Position numbers and translations under genes: made by a program
Assembly: GCF_006345805.1 (NCBI RefSeq)
Contig: NC_043022.1
Span: forward strand, 2,418,001 to 2,482,000
Direction: 5' to 3'
Length of the DNA: 64,000 bases
DNA from: Octopus sinensis
Lineage: Eukaryota
Notes under the pieces: model-generated
Database searches by the model: none
The model's input: the letters and a program-made list of their open reading frames with translations, nothing else
Told to the model about the DNA's origin: nothing
Shown here: piece after piece, positions 12,303-25,396 of the stretch
Position numbering within the stretch: the stretch's first letter is position 1
Layout: each line of letters begins with the position of its first letter

Positions 12303-12352
<50 letters not shown>

Positions 12353-12534
12353 TCATTTAACGTCCATTTTCCGTGCTAGCATGGGTTGGACAGTTTGACC
12401 GGGGTCTGGGAAGCCAGGAGGCTGCACCAGGTTCCAGTCTGATCTGGCAAAGTTTCTACAGCTGGATGCCCTTCCTAACGTCAACCACTCCGTGAGTGTA
12501 GTGGGTGCTTTTTACATGCCACGTTCGGATGGTG

Positions 12535-12566
<32 letters not shown>

Positions 12567-13372
12567 TATAGGCGCAGGTGTAACTGTGTGGTAAGAAGCT
12601 TGCTTCCCAACCACATGGTTCTGGATTCAGTCCCCCTGTATAGCTGTGTAGCACCTTGGGAAAGTGGATTTGGTAGGTGAAAACTGAAAGAAGCCCATCG
12701 TATACATATATATATTTATGTGTGTGTTTACGACCCCGAAACTTAGTAGTTCGGCAAAAGAAACTGATAGAATGAGCACTAGGCTTACAAAGAATAAGTC
12801 CTGGGGTCAATTTCTTCGACTAAAGGTGGTGTTCCAGCATGGCCACAGTCAAATGACTGGAACAAGTGGAAAGGAAAAAAAAGAAATATATGATGGGCTT
12901 CTTCTGGTTTCCATCTGTCAAATCCGCTCACGAGGCTTTGATTGTCCTAAGGCTGTAGTAGAAGACACTTGTCAAGCAATGCTAGGGAGATAAACACAGA
13001 CACACAAACACATATATATATATACATACATATATACGACAGGCTTCTTTCAGTTTCCGTCTACCAAATCCACTCACAAGGCTTTGGTCGGCCCGGGGCT
13101 ATAGCAGAAGACACCTGCCCAAGATGCCACGCAGTGGGACTGAACCCGGAACCATGTGGTTGGTTAGCAAGCTACTTACCACACTGCCACTCCTGCGCCT
13201 AATATTGTTTCATTTTTTAAATTTTTTTTATTTCATAGCCTGTATATTGAATCCTTTTCATTTCCATATCGTTGAAATACATTTTTGTTTCAATCAGTTT
13301 TTGAAAATAAGGAAGAATTTGGTAGAGCAACTTCATCATCATTATTAAGCTGGTGTTTGGAGTATAAATTAA

Positions 13373-13594
13373 CCCTTTCGTTACCAATCCGGCTGAAACT
13401 GGCTCTGGCCCTGAGTGCAAATGTCTTGTTTCCATAAGTTCTGAATTAAAATCTTCCACCATTCCTTAGTCACAATTTAGTGTTCCTAACACTAGCTGAA
13501 TGATAACTAAGTTATTTTACTAAATTCTTTGTTATATTTAAAAGGAATTGCAAGAAACACGGAGCATCTCAACAGAAATGGGGTAACAGAAGGG
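13373..13594. mobile_element. piggyBac-type MITE family B (representative copy)
   Basis: TTAA|CCCTTTCGTTACC...AAGGG|TTAA. Further copies at 13626-13847, 19287-19506 and 52199-52420, partial at 52.5-52.7k and 60.56-60.8k. Confidence 0.82.
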
Positions 13595-14027
13595 TTAAAA
13601 TATATAATAGGGAAACAATTCTTAACCCTTTTGATACCAACCTGGTTGAAACCACTTTTGGCTCTGAGTACAAATGTCTTGTTTTCAAAAGTTTTGAATT
13701 AAAATCTTCCACCAAACCTTAGTCACAATTTAGTGTTCCTAAAACTAGATTAATGATAACGAAGTTATTTTACTAAATTCTTTGTTATATTTAAAAGGAA
13801 TTGCAAGAAACACAGAGCATCTCCAAATAAATACAGTAACGAAAGGTTTAATGTGAAATTTTGATGTAAGATTTTCATTCACTTTAAACAAGAAGTTCGT
13901 ATCATGTAACTGAGGGGTGGTCTCGGCTGGGTTGGCATAAAAAGGGTTAGTGACAACAAAAAAAAGAGACATTAAATCCTAAACTTTCTCCTCTCTTCCT
14001 CATGTTTCCTTTTCACAAACACTTCTC

Positions 14028-14171
<144 letters not shown>

Positions 14172-14582
14172 ATGCTTCAGTGTTGCATCTTGTTCAGAAT
14201 TGCTACAATCTGCATCGATTTACAAGCTTCAACTCTTTGGTGTGTTGAGATGAGATTCTTGTTGTTGATTTTGATGTATTTTATTGGCAGTTACCATCGT
14301 TTTTCTTCTATAAATTGCACACAACTTTTCATAGCTCCCCCCTCCCCCCATTTACTGTTTGTAATTATAATTTCTGTTGCAAAAAGAAAACAAACTTATC
14401 TTTAGATTCCTCATAAGCTCCAACCCCAAGTTTATAAGTTTGAATGGGGAACAAACAGAGCAAAATCCCACCTAGATGAAATCTCCAAGTCTCCCGATAT
14501 CCAAGTGGCTAAAAAAAAATGTCAGCAAAAGGGCACCTAGGAGTCATAGCCTGGATGCAGCCAAGCCCAGCCCCTTCAGAAT

Positions 14583-15067
14583 GTTAAGTTAAGTTAAGTT
14601 AAGTTAAGTTAAGTTAAGTTAAGTTAAGTTAATCTTTTGGCTCAAAAAGCAAAAAGCAAGGCCATGTAGGGGGGACATTGAGTTATGTACAGGGAGGGTG
14701 TTCATGCAAAGAGTTCAGGCCATTTCTGGTCAAGAGAGACTTTGAACCGAGCGGTCGTCGGCATCTTCACTATCTCGTCCGGCAGCTTATTCCACGGATC
14801 TGCAACCCGGACAGAGAAAGCCCCTCTCCTTCGATTGAGATGAAATCGTCGCAGATAGAGCTTTTCGGAGTGACCCCGCAGCCGACGCCCTGGAGCAGGA
14901 GTGAAGAACAGCTCTTTCGAGAGGTTACACTTTCCGCTTATGATGTTGCAAGCGAGAATGAGATCACCACAGCGGCGGCGTTTTTCTAGAGAATAAATAT
15001 TGAGCGTCTTCAGCCTTTCTTCATAAGACAAATGCTTGAGACCAAGAACCATGCGGGTAGCCAGCTT
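14583..15067 (-). mobile_element. CR1-clade LINE 3' fragment, long (TTAAC)n tail
   Basis: ORF 14702..15052 is nearly identical to the 10.7-kb copy. Confidence 0.9.
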
Positions 15068-16427
15068 GAGGTTAAGGGCTGAAACACTAGCCTGGGTGGC
15101 TGGTTCTTTTCTGGAAACCTTCTGCCGTTCAGTTCTCTTGAGAGCTTCTTACCAATCTTCATTTGATACTGACAATCAGTGCCTCGACCCACCCCACTCT
15201 AGTCTTCTTTATTCTTCATATTGTATTGATTATTACACAAACGACTGTTCCAACTATCAGTAGTCAGCACTAAGTAATTATATATTCTAATTTCTTCCTC
15301 GTTTGAGAGACAAGTTGTTGGATAAAGAATGAAATTTGAAATATGAATAATAATGATAATGAATCAATAATTGCGATTATTTCTTAAGTAGATCTCACAC
15401 ACACACATACATATACATAGATACATACATATGTAATTAATTCTTATTCCTGCTATTTCTAATTAGGTAAATGCTCTTAATAATTTCTTTTATATTTGCC
15501 TCATTAAATGAGGCCTCAATAAACTTCTTCAACAATTTAAAGGGAAAATAATTTTTGTTGGATATCTTAGTATGTTGCCATAGTAATATTGTTAATATTG
15601 ACCCTTTAGCATTCAGATTTCTTTTAATCATGCATTATCTCTTAGCTTCAAGATTTCAACGATGTGATTGTTTATTTTTAGAATGATAGTGTAGGATAGG
15701 TGTAAGAGGCCAGATCTGGCAGTCTTAATGCTGAATGGTAAACACTTTAGCATTTATTCAGATTACTCTATCAAATGTAATATTTATTCATTCAGCATCT
15801 CTTAGCTTTAAGAATTCAACAGTGTGATTGTTTACTTATAAAATGAAATTGTAGGGTAAGTGTAAGAGGCTGGATCTGGCTGATTCGAACATAAAATAAG
15901 AGGAGTATTTGGGCTGGATAGGGCCAATTTAAATGCTAAAGGGTTAACCAGTGTGGCCAGCTGCTTATTTATTGAGAGAACATTTCTCATTGAAATCAGC
16001 TAACAGGGATACCTATAACATTACTAAATATCTTTCCTGTCTACTTACCTGTCTATCACCACTCCCCAACTTCTTTAATACCTGTCTGCTATCCCATAAT
16101 ATTTTTCAAGAACCTTTTAACCCTCCTTCTGTGCCATAGTTATTTTTACTGCAATACCAGTTCCTACAGCTAAGCTATCTAAAAACATCTATATTTTTTG
16201 ATATTCAATTTTTAATTTGCTCTGTTTACTTTCAAGACTAGAGTCGTTTGTATAGCAACAACTTACAAAACTTGCCAAAATAGATTCCGCTAATAACATC
16301 TTATCAAAGCATTATTGAAAATCCCAAACTATATCCTGCATAATTACCTTCCTTTAAAACATTAAGAAAGTACTCATCGATTTTAAAATTTCATATATAT
16401 TGGCAAAATATCTCCATCTAGATTAAC

Positions 16428-16429
<2 letters not shown>

Positions 16430-16473
<44 letters not shown>

Positions 16474-16524
16474 TATTATTATTACTATTATTATCATTAT
16501 CACTGTTATTTCTTGTTGATGTTT

Positions 16525-16559
<35 letters not shown>

Positions 16560-16575
16560 GATTATTATTATTATT
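16430..16575. repeat. (ATT)n microsatellite block
   Basis: Directly visible, interrupted. Confidence 0.9.
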
Positions 16576-17447
16576 CAATTTAGTAACGTAGTAAATTAAA
16601 CATTTTAATTTCTTCCTCAAATGAGACAAGTTGTAAAGAATGAAATATTCTTATTTTATTTTCATTTTCTGTAACGGCAAAAGACAAGTTGAAAATAACT
16701 TGCAATGTGTGTGTTGTTGTTGTTTTTTTTTAGTGTCATTATTTAAAAAAAAAAGTTAACGAGGTGAAGAATTTGATTATTTTGTTTTCTGTTCCTTGAC
16801 GTAATTTATATACTAAAAGATTATTTGATTAGTAGGAAAATACATATGTGTATGCATGTGTGTGTATATACATACATATATGCATATATACCCACACACA
16901 TATATATATGCAACTATGTATATATATATACACATATATATATATATGCATATATATACACACACATGTGCATATATATATATGTGTGTGTATATATATA
17001 TATGTATATGTCAGCTATTTATGAAATTAATGCTTTAGAGTCCTACTTTCATCTCAGTAATTGTGTTTGTTTTTTTCTTCTTTTGGAAAAAAAAATTATA
17101 TATATATACATTTATATCTATTTTTGCGTGTTTGTTGTTATAATTGTCTTGATATTGAATTGTACAGTGATGGATAATTTTCCTGTGTAATCTGCAGGTT
17201 AAACCAGAGCTGTGGGCAGGTGAAAACCCAACCTGACACTTTACACAGGTTGGCAAGAATATTTTATGCTTATTGTTTGTATACCTCCTGAGTTGTGTTT
17301 TAGCCGCACGCACACACACACACACACACACACTCTCACACAAAACACACACACTCAGGTACATACATACATACTCATGTATAATCTATATATACACTCA
17401 TGCATACATATATCCATACAATTACATTAATACACTTACCCTTCCAC

Positions 17448-17658
17448 GTGCAGGCATCCCCCCCACATTGCATTCTTGGAAAATCTTGCCAATAAACTTC
17501 GGAATTCTGCAATGCAAAGCATACTTTTCCGTTGACTTCCATGTCGTATTTTCGAAGTCGGCGTAAAAGTTGTTTTTGTACTGCAGAATTGCATATTACT
17601 CCAAATAAGATTTTCGCAGAATCCCAACTTTTCTGTTACACCAGGGGGATGCCTGCAC
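17448..17658. mobile_element. MITE-like element with 15-bp perfect TIRs
   Basis: GTGCAGGCATCCCCC (17448-17462) and GGGGGATGCCTGCAC (17644-17658), plus nested internal inverted 9-mers. Confidence 0.7.
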
Positions 17659-17907
17659 CAACAAACCCAATCATATATATATATTGAATGCAGCTGTTAC
17701 TAATTTGGTTGTTACACTATTTCTAAGCTAGGCATGTTATTGATATTCCAGCTAATGTTACTTGAGTCTTCTCTTAATCCTCTGATCTGTATTTCATTTA
17801 AGTGGGTAGAAGAGATAAGTCTGATGCCTCGTCTCCATTCAGATCACATGCTCTTAAAAGCAAGCTAGCAATTGTATTTGAACTGTCATTTATAGACCAT
17901 AATTCCA

Positions 17908-17944
<37 letters not shown>

Positions 17945-18064
17945 GTTATAATAAATGGTTTAGTCTTAGTTGTACATATAAACTTTCTTTATAAATCTCT
18001 TTCTCTCTCTTGAATTGTGAATGTACATTTTATTCTGTTTAATTAACTTTTATACTTAATCAAT

Positions 18065-18099
<35 letters not shown>

Positions 18100-19971
18100 A
18101 TCAATCCAATAAATTCCTCCTCCAATAAATTAATTGGTCAAAGTGCTGTTACGCCAAACAAACAATTCCTAATGGGGGGGAAACCATTTTATTTTTTTAT
18201 TATTATTATTAAGTGTTCTGCTTTCTTTGAAAATCAAAGAATCAGTGAAAGATAGTTTAAAGTTCACCAAGAATGAATTTACTCAATGTTATCATTAATG
18301 GATATTGATTTTAAATTTAGAATAATTAATTTTTGTTTATTTTTTCTTTCGTTATTGATTTTAAATTTAAAAGTTAGATTACTTTTGGCAAGGGCTTCTC
18401 CACCCCTCTCTCAGCAGTTTGCCACATCTCAATTTAATTAAAAGTAATTAAGAATACTTTAAAACACTTGTCGCTGATGATGATGATGATGATAACAGTT
18501 GGTTCTGATCATCATCACTTCCAACAACTCATGGTGCTAACACAGGAAATATATGAAACACCAGCGATGATGACACAAAGTTAGAAGATGTTTGGTGTTG
18601 TCTGGTGTTTAACCCTTTAGCATTTGAACCAGCCTTATCCGGCCCAAATAGTTTAGCTGTTTTTCTTTCAAACTAGCTAGATGTGACTTCTCACACCTAC
18701 CCTACAATGTCATTCTAAAAATAGACAATCACATCGGGAAAATCTCAAAGCTATGAGATCACGAAGGATTAATTCAAAACAATGTGATTCGATGTAAGCC
18801 TTACATTTGACAGTAATCTACCTGTTTTATGTTCAGACTGGCTAGATCCAGCCTCTCACACCTACCCTACAATGTCATTCTAAAAATAAGCAATCATCAA
18901 AATCTCAGAAGCTACAAGATGATTGCATGATTAATTCAAAACCATGTGAATAGACGTAAGCATTATAATTGACAGAGTAATCCGAATGCGAAAGGATTGA
19001 ATTATCCCATCTATTTTATGTTCAAATCCGCCAGATCTGGCCTTTCACACATTCCATGCAATGTCATTCTAGAAATAAACAATCACATCGTGAAGATCTT
19101 GGAGCTAATACCTGATTAATTCAAAGCAATGTGAATAATTAAGAATTACATTTCACTGGATAATTGGAATGCTAAAGGGGTTAAGCATGGGTCATTACAG
19201 GAAAACTGGTCCTTAAATTTTAGTGAAACAGCCCCCATCTGTTGATGCTGTTAGCCACCCTTTGTATCTTTCTGCCATAGCATTAACCCTTTCGTTACTG
19301 TATTTATTTTGAGATGTTCTGTGTTTCTTTCAATTACTTCAAATATAACAAAGAATTTAGTAAAATAACTTAGTTATCATTAATCTAGTGTTAGGAACAT
19401 AAATTGTGATTAAGGTTTGGTGGAAGATTTTAATTCAGAACTTATGAAAACATGACATTTGTACTCAGAGCCAGGGCCGGTTTCAGCTGGGTTGGTAACG
19501 AAAGGGTTAACATGCCAGCTTTTAGTTTTAGATGCAGCATGTAAGAAAATGACCAATGCTGGCTGTTATTTATCCCCAGGTCTGTGCTAACCAGGCAGAC
19601 CGTATCATTGAAAGTATTTCTGTTATGACCACCTCACCTTTTAAGATATATGATGTCTGGGACTGTTTTTTTTTTTAATGTAAATATTTTTAAAAAATGG
19701 TAATTCGTAAATTTGAGGAAGATTTGCTTGCTATTTAACAAACTGAGCAGCCACGTAGTTATCTCCCCTGCCATTAGGAAATCACCTCTGGATGAGTTAG
19801 TAAAATAGAGACTTAGGATGTAAAAAGTAGATCTTGCAAGAATTAGAATCATACTAAAAGTAGTTTATACTTCCTGCTTGTAAATCTTGTGTGTGTGTGT
19901 TAGAAAACGTTTTACTGAAGACTTAATTCTTAAAGTTATTCTAAGATGATTTAATTTAAATATTTTCACTG

Positions 19972-20003
<32 letters not shown>

Positions 20004-20597
20004 GGTGTAAGAAATATGATCAGAAAATTCTTCCATCAGTTTCTTTTCCTATCTTTCTATATCTACATGTATTTCTGTATTCCTCATGAATGTCTGATTT
20101 TTTTAGTTTCTTGGTGGAAGTAGCCAACACCATTTTCAGATCTATAAGTTGCCATTGTTGTAGTTTGTTCCATGTGAAAATCTTTTTTAAAAATAATAAT
20201 AATAAAAGAAAAAAGAAACTATGGTAGCATACCAAAAGCAAAGTCCTCACCTATTTCTTCTTCACTGAAAAACTGCCAACAAAATGATTGTTATGGAAAC
20301 TATTTGATAATGAGAATATTCGCTAAACTGTCTTTTCTCCACTCCAGCAAAATGTAAGGCTGTTGCCATTTGTCAACTCATTGAAAAAGAATCAAAGGAT
20401 TTCAAAAATTTATTGGTGTCTTTTGTAACTCTAGTTCACTGCTAGGTGGGGGTGAAGACTAGATTTAGGAGGATTAATCTAGTTGGTAGCAAAGGGTTAA
20501 TGTTTTGCTGTAAACAGATATTTGCATGTGTGTACACATATGCACACGCATACCATTTGTAAGTGGGACAGTAAAAATATGCAAGACTTGTCTCAAG

Positions 20598-20812
20598 TTT
20601 AGTTAGTTAATTTTTTGGCTCAAAAAGCAAAAAAAGCAAGGCCATGTAGGGGGACATGGAGTTATGTTCAGGGTGGTGTTCATGTAAAGAGTTCAGGCCA
20701 CTTGTGGTCAAGGGAGACTTTGAACCGAGCGGTCGTCGACATCTTCACCATCTCGTCCGGCAGCTTATTCCACGGATCCGCAACCCGGACGGAGAAAGCC
20801 CCTCTCCTTCGA
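20598..20812 (-). mobile_element. CR1-clade LINE short 3' fragment
   Basis: Encodes NRRRGAFSVRVADPWNKLPDEMVKM...WPELFT with the same 3'UTR as the other copies. Confidence 0.85.
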
Positions 20813-21000
20813 TTGAGGACTTTGATTTTGTTATCTATGTTCCAACGGTGGAGCTTTGTATGTTTGGTAGACACCAGCTCCTTCCTCAGAGGAAGAGTCC
20901 AAATAATTACAAATAGAAGAGAACACACTCATGCACACACGTCATTCATTCATTCCAGTAAGTGACAAGGTCAAATAAGGCTATTTCTGACCAATTAGAA

Positions 21001-21254
21001 CAGTAGTTCTCAAAGTGGGCAGTGGAAAGTTCCAAGGGGGGAATTGGAGAAAAATGGGACGATAATGGGGTTAGTGATTCATGTAGAAACAAATAAAATA
21101 ATGGGTTCATGAGGTTAAGTTTTATTTGTGAAATGCAGTTGCTTTGAATTTGCTTTAGAAAGAGGTCTATGTTTGTGATAGTTGGGGTTTGAGTGCTAGG
21201 AATATAGCCTGGGTGTCAAGGGAGCAGCATCCCAAAAACGTCTGGGAACCACTG
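21001..21254. mobile_element. hAT-type MITE
   Basis: TIRs CAGTAGTTCTCA / GGGAACCACTG, 8-bp TSD aattagaa / acttagaa. Confidence 0.82.
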
Positions 21255-22800
21255 ACTTAGAATAAAGTCTGACTGTAAATAAAATATCTAATCCACATGT
21301 TAGTTCTCAAAGAGCTATAGGGAAAACAAAATACACCGTTGTCGAATTAAGGATTCTGGATTTTGTCATTTTGTACATACATATAGGCACAAGAGTGGTT
21401 GTGTGGTAAGAAGCTTGCATCCCAACCACATGGTTCTGGGTTCAGTCCCACTGTGTGGCACCTTGGGCAAGAACCTTCTACTATAGCCTTGGGCTGACCA
21501 AAGCCTTGTGAGTGGATTTGGTTGACAGAAACTGAAAGAAACCCATCGTATATGTGTGTGTGTGTGTGTGTTTGTCCCCCCCACCATCACTTGACAACTA
21601 ATGTTGGTGTGTTCACACCCCTGTAACTTAGCAGTTCAGCAAAAGAGACCGATAGAATAATTACTAGTCTCACAAAGAATAGGTCCTGAGGTCGATTTCT
21701 TTGGCTAAAGGTGGTGCTCCAGCATGGCCACTGTCAAATGACTGAAACAAGTGAAAGAATAAAAGAATATTATATGTAGTTTACAGTTGTTCTATAGACA
21801 GGACCAACAGATAAGTGATCCATCCTATGAGTGATAAACATTTGGTGAACACTTTTTACAAAAGAACTACGAATAGTTCCATGCTTTAGGATACAATAAT
21901 TTGGCAGATTTATATAAGATGCCATATATATCTCCAAGCAATCTTTCAAGCTCAGTTGATAATGTTAGATGTATTTAAAAACCAGTACACTGGTTTATGA
22001 GTAAAATCTGAGACGAAGGTTGATGCAAAAAATTGAACAAGAAGAAAGAAAAGAAAAGTAAAAAAAAAAAAATCAACATCTTCATCTTTTTTTAGAAATC
22101 CTAATTAATTTACCTGGTGCAGAATGGTGGGCAAAATCTGTGAGATATCTACAGAATCTGGATTACTACCAGATGAAATTAGGTTCCGTTAGTTTGTTTT
22201 TAATGTTAGCAAACCATAGATTTTAAAGTTTGTTAGATTTCTAAAACCTTATTTTTCTAACCCTTTCTCATTTAGATTATCCTGTCAAGTATAACTCTTG
22301 CATTATCTCATAGCCCTGAAATTTTGATGGTGTGGTAGTTTTTTTTCTTTTTCTGTTTTTTTTTTTGGTGGAATGAAATTGTAGGCTTGGTATGAAAAGC
22401 TGGATGTGGCCAGGTTGAACATAAAACAAAATAGACTATTTGGGTTGGATATGGCTAGTTCAAATACCAAAGGATTAACACAGTTCACTTTCTCTATCAT
22501 ATTGAAACCTGTTAAGACTTTTTTTGTGTATTGATTCCATTATTTTTATTCGATTTATTTCTCGTGTTTTTTTGGGGGTTTTTTCTGCAGTTACTAGCAC
22601 TCTGTCTCTCTCTTAAAGAAAATTGTTAATTCACACATTTACAATTTAATATTTCCATATATTTATTATTCAAATGTAGAATTTACCACTGGATAGGAAA
22701 CATATAATGAACACATAAAAAAAATCTGAAAATGAATTGCCTAATATTGTACACACAAGAACCATATCTATCCTTCACTCACACACACCCTTATCATCTA

Positions 22801-22863
<63 letters not shown>

Positions 22864-22969
22864 AATCCAAACGGGATTGGCCTGCTTGCTTTGCCAGCGG
22901 GGTGGCATCATTTGAAGGCTAAAACAATGCAAAGCGCATTCTGATAGCCTGGTCGGACGATGATGATGA

Positions 22970-23009
<40 letters not shown>

Positions 23010-25152
23010 TCATCATCATCGTTTAGCGTCCGTTGATGATGATGAGATATATATATATATGTGTTGCTAATAAGAATAAAATAGACATTTTCTCAATATG
23101 TGTTGCATAAAGTAGGTAAATACACATTTATTTATATAAATGATCACACTACAGCCTTCTTGAAACAGCTGTAGTGTGATTATATATATGAACACATACT
23201 TGCAAAACTTGGAGAAAATAGCCAAGGTGGAGTGAAACAGTATTTTATTTCAATCTAATTTAATCAATCCCTCTAAACACAACAAAGCTTCACAGACACA
23301 CAAGGGTCTGATGATCAGTTAGATAAAAGTGCAAGTATAAGTTTGTGAAAAAATACTTAATATATCAAGTTGAGCAATTAATAAGAGTGATTATTGCATT
23401 AGGGAACTGTGATTCTCCAAGCTTAATCAGAAACAAATGTAAGCTGGAATAAAATGCATAAATAGCCCTTACCTTTATGCCTCGTGTGCATGTGTGTGTG
23501 CTTTGTGAAGATCTCGCTATCACTAAACGTTTATACATGACCATAATTAACCCTTTAGTGTTCGCATTATTCTGACAAAATTAGCGCTTCTTCATCCACA
23601 TTGCCTTGAACTAATCAAGCATTATCTTGTAGCTATGAGATTTTGATGAGGTAGCTGTTAATTTTTAAAACGATATTGTAGGGTTAGTGTGAGAGACCAG
23701 ATCTGGCCAGTTTGAACATAAAACAGGCAGAATACTTTTGGCCGGATATGGCCGGTTTAAATGCTAAAAGGTTTAAAGGAAATAATTTTAGAAGATAGTT
23801 TTGTTGATGCTGCACATGCTGTTTGATTTCATTAAAACTCATAGGACATTCAGTGCCCTCTAGTGGTGATGACTTTGGCAGAATCTCTGTCCGTCGTTGA
23901 AGATTAGCATTCACTCTGCAGGGATTCATCGTTTTATATATGTCTGGAAGAAACTTTGTTCTTGCACATTCACTTCAGTGTTTTGTTGTCTTTCTACGAT
24001 AGAATAATTCCTATGGGAGTGTGTGGCTGTCGTTAGTATAAGATGTTTGTTAGAAGGCCTAGTAGAGGAAGCTTTTGTGGAAGAGCTTAGGGTTTTCTGT
24101 GTCTCTTATTGGGAACTGGTTTGTTGCAATAGCTTGATTACTGCCTAAGGCGCTGTGGAGTGTGATTGAACCAGGAACCACTTGGCTGCAAAGCAAACTT
24201 CTAGACCACACAACCATACCGATGTTCTCTCTTCACAAACACACACACACACACCTAGACATATGAAAACCTACACATACACTCCACATGAAACCAGTGC
24301 TCCAGCATGAACTTGGGAAGTGATTGCTAAAACAAACTAAAGAACAAAGACAGTATTTTGTACACACATATATACACACATATATACGCATACATACACA
24401 CGTGTGTGTGTGCAGGCATTGGCATGACTGTTGTTAAGAAGTTCTCATTGGAACCTCAGGGTTTCAGTTTCAATCACACTTCACAGCACCTTTACCATGT
24501 GCTTCCTGCTGTAGCCCCATGCTGACCAATGTCTTGTGAGTGACATTGGAAGATGGAAAACTATATCAACGCCCATCACATGTATGTATGTGTATTTGTG
24601 TGTGTATGTATAGGCATAAGTGTGGCTATGTGATAAGAAGTTGGCGCCTTAACCACTTGGTTCTGAGTTCAGTCCCACTGCGTGGCACCTTTGGCTGGTA
24701 TCTTCTGCAATAGTCTCAGGCCAACCAAAGCCTTGTAAGTCTGCTGTGTGTGTGTTTGTCCCCCACCACTGCTTGACAATTGGTGTTCTGTTTACATCCA
24801 CATAACTTTGTGGTTTGGCAAAAGAGACTGATAGAATATGTACAAGGCTTTACAAAAAATAAGAACTGAGATACCCCAGCATGGCCACAGTAAAGGGTAA
24901 AAGGTTTTTTGTTTTTTTTTTTGTTAAAATCAATTTAACATTAAACTGAAGAATTAGCCAATCCTTTTTGTAGAGTCTAGCTTAGTGGTGGTCTGCCTTT
25001 GAGCAGCTCCTGTACATGTGATCTTTTTCCAGCATCCTCCATAAGACTTAGGAAGGCTGTAACACTTCTGATGTGGAGTACCGGTCTTCTTCAGGGTCTT
25101 CTTGTGTATGTATGTGTGTGTGTGTGTGTGTATATATATATACACACACACA

Positions 25153-25347
25153 CAGGGTGGCCCAAAAGTAGGTCTACAGTTATTCAACTATCTCTTTCGC
25201 ATTTATTAACATTATAAAAAATTATGAAATCATTATTCTATGCTAATTTAGTTAATTGTAAGATAGAGATTTAAATGTATTGAAACCTTTTAAAAGAAAT
25301 TTCAAGTGCCTATATAATTACCGTAAACCTACGTTTGGGCCACCCTG
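25153..25347. mobile_element. Tc1/mariner-type MITE
   Basis: TIRs CAGGGTGGCCCAAA(A/C)GTAGGT at both ends. TA on the right flank; the left end sits in a CA microsatellite. Confidence 0.8.
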
Positions 25348-25353
25348 TATGTG

Positions 25354-25396
<43 letters not shown>

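Noticed and set aside
22010-22060. Charged peptide RRRLMQKIEQEERKEK as the missing upstream NCoR exon
   Set aside because: No acceptor, runs into a stop and poly-A, and does not match the expected motif. Probably A-rich low complexity.
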